Part shown: positions 1 through 31,042 of the stretch, one piece after another
Layout: the number at the start of each line of letters is the position of its first letter
Numbering within the stretch: the stretch's first letter is position 1
Assembly: GCA_044892525.1 (NCBI GenBank)
Contig: CM097885.1
Coordinates: forward strand, 5,024,001-5,088,000
Origin: Schmidtea polychroa
Taxonomy: Eukaryota
Direction: 5' to 3'
Length of the DNA: 64,000 nucleotides
Notes under the pieces: generated by a model
The model's database searches: none
Seen by the model: the letters and a program-made list of their open reading frames with translations, nothing else
What the model was told of the DNA's origin: nothing
Made by a program: the position numbers and the translations under genes

Positions 1-144
1 TTGATTAATTATTTTCTTTCGTCGTATTCTGCTGTTGTTGTTCTAGGCTGGATTTTAACGGCTGACTAGAATTGAAGAGTGAATAATAATTATTTACGTC
101 AGCCGTCGATATTTCTACAGCCGTCCAATCATTTCTCTCTGCTT

Positions 145-355
<211 letters not shown>

Positions 356-919
356 CCCCTTTCCAGTGTTCACAGAAATTTTGCCAAATCCGCATTTCCC
401 CGTCTGCAGTTTGATTGACATTATTATGGTTATTATAACTCTGATTAGATTTTATAGTCTAGTTTTGTTATTGACGGTTTTATTCGTTCACATCGTTTTC
501 GATTCCTTATCTCAATTTGTCGTCTATATTTTCTCTCGATTCGAATTATTATACCAGTAGACCGTCATTGTAGATATATCTAGAAATTATCAACCCCATC
601 TCTATTGGTTGATCAATCACTAAACTAAAATCCGCACGAATATGCTCACGAAGAGGGGTGGGGTTGGGGGGGCAAGAATATGTGCACGTGCGAGTTTTGT
701 ATGTGTTCATATGCATGTATGGCACGTGTGGAAGCAGCAAGTGTGCATTAATAGTAATTGTAAAAGAATTTCAACATGTTTCTACAACTGGCGGTAGATA
801 GAGGGTGGGACCATGGCCTAAATGACAATGAAAATTAATCAACTACATCTCAATCAATTAGAAAAAATTTTTTTATCGGATTATTGATAAAATAAAAAAT
901 TTACTATTGAATATTTTAG

Positions 920-17250
<16,331 letters not shown>

Positions 17251-20200
17251 AGTCAAAAGCCATGGTCTGTTATTTGATTCTAGTAAATTGCATAACAATA
17301 AGTATTATTTCATAATATTTTCACTTCCATATATATATTGCCCCAAAAATGTATACAAATGATCAAATTGATGTCCATTTTAATTTAAACACTGCTGATA
17401 ACGCGAACCAATGGGATAGCAAACACGGCTAATCATTTCATTAGGAATTTCGTTGCATTATCTATCAATTTTCATTTTTTGTAGCTTTTAATAGATAAAA
17501 CTTATTTTTTATAACTCCTCGCCAAACAATTAGTGGCGTAAGATTTGCATAGCACGGGGATCATCGATGGAACCTCTTCGCTCAAAACATGAGGTATTAA
17601 AGTGTATACATTTTTTTGGGACACTATATTTTATTTTTCACATTACCGTTGATAAATTTATTAAAAATCCTAAGGATACATGTTTGAGAAAATCGGGGTA
17701 TGATTTTGTTGGTGTGTGTGAGTATAATCAGTTAAATAGCGTGTCTAAGAATGATGGGCCTAAATTTGTGAATTAAAGGATTATAAAGGGAAGATAAGAA
17801 AACAGGGAATATAAACTATAGGATAGTGTCGAATTCATGTAAAGTAAACAATATTTTTATTAATAAGTCTAAAACTCCGGTTGGATTGTGTTCTGATCTC
17901 GTTTATTAGCTTACATGTAATGGATATAATGCCACATACATTGGACAGACTTACTGTCATCTCTATATTCGAGCTCAAGAACATTGTAGACCGAAGAACA
18001 TTATTTGTGAGCACAATAAGGGCTATAAGAGTAAAATAGGTATGTCTGATTTAAAAATTTTATTAAAAAATTTCAATTATTGGGGACGTGTGTAATTTGT
18101 GAGGCGTTATGGATAAAGCCTTTAAATCCGAAAATTAATGTGCAGAATGCTGTGAGTACTTGTGTTTAAATGTTTTTAAATAATTTTTTGTATCGATTGT
18201 TGTGGTTAAATTAAATAATTATTAAATTTCAATATTTTAAAATTTTATATTTGATTGTTAAAATTAAAAAATATATTATTTAAATTAAAATTTTTTTTTA
18301 ATTCTAAAGATTAAGATATTGTTTTTTTTAATTTGATATATAATTATCATAATTAATGCAATTAATAAATTTGTTCAAAAATATATAATTTCTATAGTTG
18401 TAATGCCTAATGATGACAGGAAAACTGTATAAATATATCGTGAAAGGAATGTTTGTAATTAAATTGTTGCCATGTATGTTTAACTATCTATAATTGGTTG
18501 ATTGATTAATAATCAATTAATTAATTAATATAATTGATTATTTATTGTTACAGACCATCAAGATCTGCTCCGAATCCATCATTGATACCCTTCGTCAATT
18601 CTTCTGATTAAATTGCTGCCTTATTGAAATCGTTGCGATAGATCATCATCCATCCTGTCATGTGATTACAGTTGTCCATCCGCGGTGAGCGCGATTGTCC
18701 CCGTGAATGTCGCCCTCACCATCACTCTCACTGCGCCATTCACTCACTCTTATCATCGTTCCGACTAGCAGTTTCGTCTATTGTCATCAAAATTTTATTT
18801 TAATTAAAAAATTTTAAAATAAATTTCTGCCTTCCGTGTAAAATGATCGAAAAATGTGTGCAACTCCTTAGCTTATTCATTTCGATAACATAAATTTTGA
18901 TCCAGATTTCTCACAGCACATCAGTCGGTGCCGATTCTGTAGATTTGTGTTTTTATTTTGATTTCGCAATAATCATCGCTATTCAATCACCTATCAATCG
19001 ATCAAATTATATATATATTTAATCAATATTATTTCATTGATTTTAATTAATAATAATAATAATAATCAATAATAATAAGATCACTATTGATATAATTTAT
19101 TATTAATAGTGAATTTATTGAATATTGTTATTACTATTGTTTTTATTGCTATCATATAATGATCTTTATTTATGTCAAAAATTACTTTATCATCTTTTCA
19201 ATGGACTTATTTGAGATTATATAGCTGTTGATCAACGTGTAGATTGTTCTCTGATTTCGATCAATTGTAAATGAATTTCGATGAGGGCCCCTCCTTTTAC
19301 CGAGTCGATGTTTCAATCAGCATAATATTGATTTCTATATTCAATTTGTTTGTGAAATTGCACTTTACCTATGGATTATTTGCAGTTATTTTTACCATCT
19401 TCGATACCCGATCATTCTCAGCCGGGTTCTCAATTCGACTCCAGCATGTATTCGTTGAATTTGTGACTTGGACTTCTCTACTGTTATTATACATATGCTC
19501 TCTTCTTGTAGATATTCAATACAGTGTTTAACTTTTGCACTCGCTTTAATTATTTTTATTCAATTTCTCAATCAATTCAACGCAAATCTGTTGAGAGTAT
19601 AATGGCAACCTTGCAAAAGGAGTTTGCGTATTTGAATATCAAATATAATATTATCCATGTGAATAATAAAGCGATATGATTTATCTCCACTGTTGGACAA
19701 TGTTTTATATTTTGTACAAATTTTCAGCTCTGCCCATTTATCAAATGTGGAAATAAATTTTTGACAAAAGGCAGTGCCGAGAATGCATGCAAATATGAAA
19801 CATTGACCTACAGTCAAGAGATATATGAAAGTATGCGAAGATTTAAAATGTAAAAAATTAAAATCATTTTATTTGACATTAGGGTATCGTGCATCACAAG
19901 CAGTACATAATGGAAAGGATGACAAAGTATTTATAATATGTTTACAGTGTTTACTTTTACTTAACTTTGATCATAATGTTTGGCAATCGAGAAGTAGAAA
20001 TTGACGTTCACAAGGAAACTACCAAATGTGTGACTAAGTGGTTTATATTAAACTGGATCTACTATTATCCGTGCTACCCAATGAACCTCATGAACGTGGT
20101 CATATGCAAATATCGAAACGAATGTATGCCTGTTTGTCCTTTATACGTCATGAAAATTTAGGAAATTGTTGAATACACTCCCACAAACCTTTAAAATAAT

Positions 20201-20799
20201 TAGAATAAGATATTTTCAAATATCAGGCGTCATTGATAAGTAAAGCTATTCAAATGCATCAACAATTGCCATTCAAAATTCACATTTTGTGATTAGTGGT
20301 GGCATTGAATCGACAACGTTGATCAACTTACGAGTGCTCAGCGTACCAATGGGCATCGTTTTCAAGCTTCTCAAGACATACTTTACCATTTAATGTTCTC
20401 AGATTTTTGAAGGATTTTTATCAACGCTAGTTTACTAACTGCAATCGGAAGTCAAAACATTCTTATTTGTTTGGATGAACTGTATACAGAAGGCCGAACG
20501 AATATAAATTCGGATGTCCTCCAACTGGTTTGCCCGGTTTACGGAGTTGAAACGTTTTCGCTGATGCATTCCATGTTTAGTATTTTAGCGTTCTTAAGAA
20601 AAATCATCCGTACATAATGAGAAGAACGCAGTTAACGTTGAAAATGCTCTTTCATATATATTCTCCGTTGTAAAATACACGCGCTGTCCATTTTCAGGAT
20701 GCACTGCCAAATGAACAACTGTTGGATGATATTCATGAATTGGACAGAAGAACATACATCAAACAGCTTTATTGCTACTAATGTAGTGTCTCAATTGAT

Positions 20800-21241
20800 T
20801 AAAGGTGGCGGATTGTACTTCATAGATACTGCCGGAGGAACAGGCAAATATTTTATCATTTTGGCAACTACACAAAGAATAATGGCAATCATATGGAATT
20901 GCGGCCAAACTTTTGGATGGTGGTCGAACAGCGCATTCTGCAGTGAAATAGCCGTTGAATTTTCAAACCACTGAGACGCTAACATGTAATATGATCAAAA
21001 ATTCTGGATGGGCAAAATTTTCCTAAAATGTGAAATTATCATATGGGACGAATTCACAAATGCACACAAAAAAGCATTGGAAGCGCTTGATCGTACACTG
21101 CAAGATTTGAGGGGAAAGGGACAGCCCTTTGGTTGGGTACTCATTTTATTGTCTGGTGATATTCGACAAACTCTACCAGTTATATCACTTTCAACACCGG
21201 CTGATGAATTTAAAGGATGTCTCAAATCATCAGTTCTTTAG
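20800..21241 (+). pseudogene. Helitron PIF1-like helicase fragment
   Basis: GLYFIDTAGGTGK (motif I), GIAAKLLDGGRTAHS in another frame, IIIWDE, ALEALDRTLQDLR and LLSGDIRQTLPV. Frameshifted. Confidence 0.85.
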
Positions 21242-21369
21242 CGAAATATAAAGAAATTTACTTTACTGGTCATCCCTTAACATTTTGACATTTCATTTTT
21301 GTTTTTTTTAAACATCATTTCAATTTTTCGTCAAAAAACATTTATTTTTTCAATTTTATATCCATAAAT

Positions 21370-21990
21370 ATGGAACGAAATAAACGTGAACTTTCCAATG
21401 AACAAAGGAGGCCAATATATGAGGATTTGTTAAGTGAAAGTGACCACGGAATTCTTTAGAGGGGTCCATACAATTCCATTGCTGCTAAATACCATGTAAG
21501 TATTCAAACTAGCCAAACCCTAGAAATGAAGCAAAGAAATCAGTCCATCGAATGTGAGTTCAAAAAACGCGGTCGAGTTGATCCAAAAAAGAAGAATTTT
21601 GAATTGAAGGGCAAAATTCGAAAAGTGCCACTGAACAAATGAATAATAATCAGATCACTTGGAGGTGCCTTGAAAATGTCAAAATCATCTCTGTATTGCC
21701 AGATAAAAGCTGGAGAAGTGCGAATCTGCAAGGCAACATTAAAGCCTCTGTTAATTGATGCAAATAAAGTGTAGCGGATTATGTTTGTATTCCGTCATTT
21801 GTAATTTTTTGAAGATGGAAGTATTGGATTATCGGATATATTTGATATAGTTCACATTGATGAAAAATGGTTTTCTCTTAACTGAGGAACAAAGCCGTTA
21901 TATATATAATTACTTTGAAACAGACAAGCAAAAATGATGTTTCTTGCAGCTGTTGCTAGACCTAGATTTGATGCAAATAAAAATGAATGG
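21370..21990 (+). pseudogene. Degenerate Tc1/mariner transposase of DD39D type
   Basis: DIVHIDEKWF and KMMFLAAVARPRFD motifs, with several stops and frameshifts. Confidence 0.75.
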
Positions 21991-24900
21991 TTGATACAAA
22001 TCACTAACGCCTCACAAATTACACGTCCCAATAATTATCGAAATTTTTCAATATAAAATTTATATAAAATTGGAACAAGATATGCTATCTGATTATACGT
22101 CAATCCATTATAATTTAATATTAGTTGTACTTATTAGATTAGTTAATAAAATTATTATATTTTTAAATAAAAATATACCGATCCAAACAAGGATCTTAAT
22201 TTTTATAGTTATTCTATTTTACTTGATGATGATAGAAAAACTGTCGAAATATACTGTAAAGCGACTGTATGAGTAGCGTTTACATACAAATCAAATGGAA
22301 CAACACTACCTATCAGATACTATCCCTAAAGGTTTGTCACAAAATAATTGAGAAAAAAAGAAAGAAACAGCCATTTTAAAATGGCTTAAAAAGAAACTAC
22401 TTGTTTCATTCTCAATTAACAAGGAAGAAGACAACCTAGAATGACTTTTTTCAATTAATAAAAAGAGAAAAAATGAAAATAAAAATAAGATCAAGCATTT
22501 AAAAATTGAAACAGCTAAATTCCAAGAAATTGATAAGGGTTATAATACAACATATTTTCATTATATTAAATATATACTTCGCAGTAAAAGGCTTATCTTA
22601 CAATATTCTTGATTAATATTTAATAAATCCTGCTACGAAGAAACCATCTATTTATTGTCAGTCAATGCCTTCGGTCTATAATGTTCTTGAGCTGGATTAC
22701 AGAGATGACGGGAAGAACTTTATTGATCAACACAATTTATTACAAGTTTACAGCGACACAAAGAATTGTCTGTTACAACGACAAATTGAGTGTTTATTAT
22801 AACTCTTCTGGAGAAATAGGACGTTTACAATACAATTTGAAGTTAACAACCATTACTGCTTCTGGTTTCAATGATTTGTAAATTTGATCTAGTTGCTTTG
22901 TTAACTTTGACTTAAATTTATTCGATAATTTTAATTACCTTCTCCGATAACTTCATACTTCATTTAAGTTGTATTTCCTTTTATAGTCTATTATCTAAAG
23001 GTGGTCATCAACCATTCAAGATGCAGTTATCCATTAGACTTCCATTCCATGGCACCTATCGTCACATTGACATTTAATCATATTCCAGGCAGGATAATTC
23101 ACCAATCATTCATCATCCATTTGCAACAAGTATCATAATCTCCTAACTCATAGACATACTTTCGCCTACTTCTAATTTAATTATCCTACTTACTTTCTTA
23201 TTTTCATTTATTTTTGTGTTTAATAATTTTGGTGTTGTGTAAGTTCTTTTATTTGTGTTAACTTGATGTTTTACATGTGTTTGTTTTAACTTTACTTAGT
23301 GTTGTGTCTGCGTGTTATTTTCCGTCGCATTCCGATCATGTTATTAATATTTGGGCCTAAATTCAGTTTTTGCCCAAGATGTTTTTCGTTGAGCGTCAAA
23401 CGCCAGCAGGGACATCGAATACACATTACCAACGTTCTGTATTCAATGTGTGTTAAGTAGTAAGAAAGCGTTGTATTTTTGGTTGTCATGGAAACTGCAC
23501 GAAAAGGTGATTTTGATTATCTATAATCCACCGAAATAAAAAATATATTTCCCGGGTTGCGGGAAAACTGAAGAAAATATGGAAGTGATCCACAAATAAG
23601 GATGAATGATCAAATTGCATCGAATCAAAGCAATTGTTATGATAACTAATTAGGTTTATTTAAATCTTTTGATATTTTTGCACCCCCCCATCTCAAGATT
23701 ATCAATGGAATTTATTATTAAACACATTTAATCATTTCACCTGTCATCATTGACATTTACAGTTGCAAATTCATTCAATGATCACATTTAATCACAAATT
23801 GTCAGATCATACATGGGAACCGATCAACGCGTTTGTTAATTTGATCTGATATGTGATGAATAATCGTTGATCCGATCGTGCAAATTTGATTTGGAATTTA
23901 TTTTTTCAATTGAATATTTATGATTTATTCTTTTGTGATTCGGATAGAATCATGAAAATTAGGGGAGGGGCGATTCCTTTCTGTCGAAACATTACAAAGT
24001 TTTCTAATTAAATTTCCTTTTTTTTAGTTTTTTGGGATAAGAGTAGAAGAACTTTAAAATTTGACATCTTTATTGAGGAGGGGGAATTAGATTTTTAAAA
24101 ATTTTCAAATTAACATTTTGTAAAATTAATCAAAATCATATTAAAAATGAAAAAAATTTTAAATTTAGAGAAAAGTTTGTTAACAATTTTTGTACAAAAT
24201 CTAACCGGAATTTATGAAAATTATAAAGATAGTGAAAATTGATTTAGAACATGGATGTTTAACCTACCGCCTGACACACAATATTTTGTGGTCTGCGCAT
24301 GGTATCACAAATGTTGATGTTGTGTTTCTCCATTTTTCTAATCCTAATGCAGTTAAAATTGATTCAATAGTTAAATAAGGAACTAGAAGAAAATTATTTT
24401 TTAACGAATTTCAAGATTTTTACCTGAGCCGCAGTCGAGGGTTCCAACAACACGAGTTTAAAAAATACTTTCCTCCGGTTGTGTGTTAAAGTTAAAAGAA
24501 AACGGAAGTAAAAAGAAATGAAAAATGAGAAACAGAAATCAAATAAAAGAAAACAAACGAGAAATTAAAACAAAGGTCATTGTTTATTAAGAAGTACAAA
24601 TGAAGGTGGAATTTAAAATTCCAGAAAAACAAAATATGGGAAAGCCGTATCTTGGCAGCTTGTCAAAGATAGCAAAAGTCGGCAAAGCATGACAAAAGAA
24701 AACAGGGCACATCTTGATATCTGCCAGAGATAAGGCTGACGCAGAGGAAAAGGATAATGGAAAACAGAATCTGTCACCAGTGCCATAAATGAAACAGACT
24801 ATATAAAGCGGAATAGGTGACCGAGAAATCAGAACAAAAGCAGAACAAAATTAGAAACCAAAGTAGAACAAAATTAGAGACAAAAACCGAGACAACGAGA

Positions 24901-25234
24901 GAAGAAAACAAGACTTAAAAGGAGAATTAAATTTTGAGAGTTAAAAAAGAGAATCAAAGGGAGAATTTAAAGGAACATTTAAAGGGAGAATTAAACAGAG
25001 TTCAGAACAGAGTGAAACGAGAAGTGACGTGAATCTTTTGTAAAATTGAATATAAAGTGGAAATGGAGTAAATAAATTGGTGGTCAAAGCAAATAGGACA
25101 AATCGATCAACATACCCTGTAATTGAGTAGTTGACGGCTAGTGATTATTGTTGTGGTTACAGAAAGGGCTATTCTTCACGTAGTGTCGAAATAAGCTCTG
25201 TGTGATAAATTGGTTTATAGTACTTTTGGTTGTA

Positions 25235-27307
<2,073 letters not shown>

Positions 27308-27486
27308 GACTCCACCGTTATTGTTGTATTGTGTGAGCACACACTCGTTATAATAATTAGCAATATGAATAGAGTTTTCATGGTGTATCAAATCAAAACC
27401 TTTCTTTTACATTTATAGTCTATCAACCAATCAAAATCATCCGGTATTAGTATAAATAAAACATCATATTTTAAATTATTGTAAAA

Positions 27487-28007
27487 ATGTCTCAATTTAT
27501 GGAAAATCTTTTAAGAGAACTCGTCAACAGGAATATTATGGAAAGCCTATGTTTCCTGGTCGATCGGACCGAAAAGATTATAGAAGGTAATCACATTGAT
27601 TATGACGATGTGATCAATTCTGATTGTCTCGAAACCAAAAAATTCTATTTTAATAGAATTTTTAACTGTCTATGCGACGATCAGATGAAGTGGACCCGAA
27701 TACTAGTAGGGTTCGCTTATATGAAAATAATAATCCAAAGAAGTCTATGGGACTCAGAGCACTATTATCAGTGGTCTCAAGAAGTAATACTTTTATAATT
27801 TATATTTTATTAATATTTATTTTCTAGATAATCAAGTCAAAGTTTCAACCATGGATTGAAGCCAATGGCGGATGGGGAGTACTCAATCAACTCGCCAGAA
27901 ATGCAAAAGAAATAGACGATCAGAAAAGAAAATTTAAAAACTATGTAAAACTTGCAACAGGTGTTGCTATTTTGTATATTTTAACCAGATTTTTAAATAA
28001 AAATTAA
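27487..28007 (+). CDS. Bcl-2-family protein, two exons (27487-27783, 27828-28007), 158 aa
   Basis: BH1-like DDQMKWTRILVGFAY, 44-nt GT-AG intron, BH2 PWIEANGGW, C-terminal anchor LATGVAILYILTRFL plus a basic tail. Confidence 0.85.
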
Positions 28008-28090
28008 TATAGTTATTTTTGTTTGATTTTTAAATAAATTTTTAAATAACATTTTAAATAAATTTACAAACACTAATTAACTAAGATTTA

Positions 28091-28468
28091 TTAATTAACA
28101 CATTCGCAGTCGTCATCTCCACATTTCATTATATTTTCAACGACATGATCAATACAATCATTCGTAATATTATCTTTAGATTCATCTTTAGGTTCCTCTA
28201 TAGGTTCCTCTATAGGTTCATAGATTTCCTCTTGAGTTTCTTCCTCATCAATTTCTTGAGTTTCTTCCTCATCATCAAATCCTGTATCTTGACTCTCAAC
28301 TAACCAGCCGATATTTAAGGCATTTGTAATAGATAATATATCCTCCATTTTCACACCAGATATTTCTGCTAACTTTTCCAACAAAAAGTTGATTAAAAAT
28401 TCTAAATAATAAATAATTCGGTAATTAATTAATTAATCATGTTAACCTTTTTCTACAGTCATTTTCAT
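28091..28468 (-). CDS. Small acidic protein, two exons (28468-28447, 28401-28091), about 110 aa
   Basis: ATG at 28468; a 45-nt GT-AG intron joins it to the ORF (MKMTVEKEFLINFLLEKL...). EEETQE/EEPI repeats. Confidence 0.6.
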
Positions 28469-28595
28469 CACTTTAAAACTAAATTATAAGTTTGTTTATA
28501 GATTTTCTTTGTTAAATTTGCATGTCATTTGCATTTATGTTGCAATTAATAAAGAGAAAAAACAAATCTGACTAATACATTTATTAAATATAACA

Positions 28596-29006
28596 TTAAA
28601 ATATTTGTGAAAGTCTAGCAGACATAACTTTCCAAATAGGAGAATATACATCATTATTATCAACTTTATATCCCTGGATTGCAATTGTTATATACCAATT
28701 TTCATTTTCTTTGAAAGCGATTTCATCAAAGGAATCATAAAATCTTGCATATCTATTATTGAACCATGCATGTTGATTACATGATAGATTCGAATCTATC
28801 CGTTTAAAAACATCGTCAATAGTTTTGACATCAATCATTGAAAGCGTGCCGGATAAGAATTCAAATTTAGTTGGAATTAGCTTGACTGGTGCAACCAATT
28901 TCATATTGATTTCTTCTTTCAAAAAATACATTTTGTAGTTGTGGAACATTTGAACTGGTTGTACCATTTCTTTAGGTTTTTCGGTGCTTGAAATTTTCTT
29001 GGTCAT
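28596..29006 (-). CDS. Hypothetical protein (136 aa), possibly an OB-fold ssDNA-binding protein
   Basis: Intact ORF with TATA and CCAAT motifs upstream. Beta-rich C-terminus YITIAIQGYK...SPIWKVMSARL. Confidence 0.6.
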   Translation of the reverse strand: MTKKISSTEKPKEMVQPVQMFHNYKMYFLKEEINMKLVAPVKLIPTKFEFLSGTLSMIDVKTIDDVFKRIDSNLSCNQHAWFNNRYARFYDSFDEIAFKENENWYITIAIQGYKVDNNDVYSPIWKVMSARLSQIF

Positions 29007-29352
29007 CGTGAATAATGAATAAATTTAAATGTTACAGGGTTTTTATACCTTTGACTCATGCCTATCAACCAATCAGATTATAGCATGTCTTTGTTTAAAT
29101 TGCATTCAAAATGCATTGATGTTGCATTGTCACATGTTCTATTTACAGATTTATTATTAATGTTTAAATTATTACATGTTTTGATATATGTACAGATTTA
29201 TTATTAATATGTTTCATTATTATTAATGTTTTTTACTATTATTACTATTCATATTTCTATTACTATTATTATTACTATTACTATTATTATTTCAAATATA
29301 AAACACAATAAAACACAATAAAAAAGATAAAACACAATAAAAAATACATTTA

Positions 29353-29766
29353 TTAATAACCCAAATCTACAATCTTGGAGTAGTGAAACCTTCTCAGAGT
29401 TTTCACTAACTCCCATTCGACATATCGCCGATATCGATCGGCGCAACATGAGCATCCGATGATGCACTGGTACTCTGGCTCCATTTGTTTGATGGTTCTG
29501 TTAATCTTTATATCCCACAGAAACTGGTGAAATACATCCATGATTCGAATTTGAGTCGCATAGAATATCAGATCTGGAATGATCTCAGGTTCGCGATCCT
29601 TGATAATTTCAATAATTTGAGGATAATAATATTTTATCCTTTTTATCATAACTTCTAAATATTTCTCTAAAATAATAAATAGTAAATAATGTGAAAAAAA
29701 AATTTTAAATTTACCGGAATCGTCGATATCTTTCATGAGGGTTGCAGAGCTTGGTAATTTGTACAT
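29353..29766 (-). CDS. Hypothetical Cys-motif protein; probable in-frame 48-nt intron at 29667-29714
   Basis: ATG at 29766, AT-rich GT-AG segment, CIIGCSCC motif, upstream CCAAT repeats. Confidence 0.55.
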   Translation of the reverse strand: MYKLPSSATLMKDIDDSGKFKIFFSHYLLFIILEKYLEVMIKRIKYYYPQIIEIIKDREPEIIPDLIFYATQIRIMDVFHQFLWDIKINRTIKQMEPEYQCIIGCSCCADRYRRYVEWELVKTLRRFHYSKIVDLGY

Positions 29767-29839
29767 AGTGTTGAAAAAATGAATTCTAAACAAAAACCGT
29801 TTGTTTAAATCAATCAATAACCAATTAGAAATTAACCAA

Positions 29840-30277
29840 TTAGAAATCGACCAATGAAATTATCTCATTTCGAACATTGTCAACAAATTCTCTATACTCC
29901 AAATTTCTCAACCCCAACATGACAACCTTTCCACTAGCAAACACGTTGACACATATAGGGTTATATTTTAATAGTCTTAGTGCCGGAAACAATTCCGGTT
30001 CAAACATACAATCACATTTTTTCGACATGTTATATAGATTGATACTATGTCCCATATCCATAGTAACGGTAATTGATTGGATTTTAATATTATTTATTCG
30101 ATATTGTAATTTATTAATATCCAAAGGTTTCTTACATCCCATGATTCTGCATTTACCAGTCTTGAAAAATATTATCGGATATTTCCCACTTCTATCGATA
30201 ATTTGCTGGGGTTTCCCTGGTGGGAACCTCATATTCGATACATCAAAATTTCCTCGATAATTTATATTTGCTAACAT
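29840..30277 (-). CDS. Divergent TATA-binding-protein-like protein (145 aa)
   Basis: Two TBP repeats: IIFFKTGKCRIMG, and KIQSITVT...INL...FEPELFPAL...NVFASGKVVMLG. Canonical TBP has IFSSGKMVCTG, KIQNMV, YEPELFPGL and IFVSGKVVLTG. Confidence 0.85.
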   Translation of the reverse strand: MLANINYRGNFDVSNMRFPPGKPQQIIDRSGKYPIIFFKTGKCRIMGCKKPLDINKLQYRINNIKIQSITVTMDMGHSINLYNMSKKCDCMFEPELFPALRLLKYNPICVNVFASGKVVMLGLRNLEYREFVDNVRNEIISLVDF

Positions 30278-30376
30278 TATTAAATCATTTATGAAAATTA
30301 GTCTTTATATACAAATTGAGCACGAGTTCATTAAATCATCGAATATAAACAAATACACATTTATAAAATATTTGAA

Positions 30377-30595
30377 ATGGAATTAAGAAATGATGCTGTA
30401 TACCAAATCGTTGGTCCGAGTGGTAGTGGAAAAACATTATTTGTTTGTAAATTACTAAAATCCAATTTATTCAAATCAAAATTCAACAGGATTTATTGGC
30501 ATAGGGGTGCTGATGAAGAACATGGATTAACTCAATCAAGTTTCTGTAAATTAAAAAACATGAAAATAGTAAAGGGATTCGATAAAAACTGGTCG
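30377..30595 (+). pseudogene. Truncated A32/FtsK-like packaging ATPase, fused in frame to the next gene
   Basis: Walker A IVGPSGSGKT near the N-terminus. Only about 73 residues precede unrelated sequence, and no Walker B follows. Confidence 0.75.
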
Positions 30596-30640
30596 ATAAA
30601 AACACCATCTAAAAAACTTGTAACTGAAAATTTCTCTGCA

Positions 30641-31039
30641 ATGAATCTTATTTCGAAAAATCCTAAACCTAAACGTAAAACCCGTAAAACCCGTAAAACC
30701 GGTAAAAAAGTAGTTAAAAATCATCGCAGTTTTCCATTTTTTAATGCATTGTTAAAGGCTCCGAGTATGAAAAGAATGAATATATTGCAATCATTCCCAA
30801 ATTTTGTTGTCGATGATTTACTCAATATTATACTTAAAGTAGTCAAAGGCAAAATTAAAATCAGTAAATCAAAAAAGCATTTATTGAGCAAACATAGGAA
30901 ACCTTTATTATCTTTAGTAAATAATAAAAATCGTAAGCAAATGAGGAAAATTATATATAAACAACAAGGTGGATTTATTGGTGCCTTGATACCTCTGGCA
31001 TTATCATTATTAGGTGGAGTTGTAGGAAATCAATCATAA
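30641..31039 (+). CDS. Basic Polinton core/virion protein with a C-terminal QxGG-hydrophobic segment
   Basis: Lys/Arg-rich; ends KQQGGFIGALIPLALSLLGG, an adenain-type cleavage site followed by an amphipathic/hydrophobic tail. Confidence 0.7.
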   Translation: MNLISKNPKPKRKTRKTRKTGKKVVKNHRSFPFFNALLKAPSMKRMNILQSFPNFVVDDLLNIILKVVKGKIKISKSKKHLLSKHRKPLLSLVNNKNRKQMRKIIYKQQGGFIGALIPLALSLLGGVVGNQS

Positions 31040-31042
31040 ACA

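Noticed and set aside
29877..30260. 127-aa plus-strand ORF
   Set aside because: Antisense shadow of the TBP-like gene.
30377..31039. Novel ATPase-core fusion protein as a functional gene
   Set aside because: Lacks Walker B and most of the ATPase fold; a deletion is the simpler explanation.
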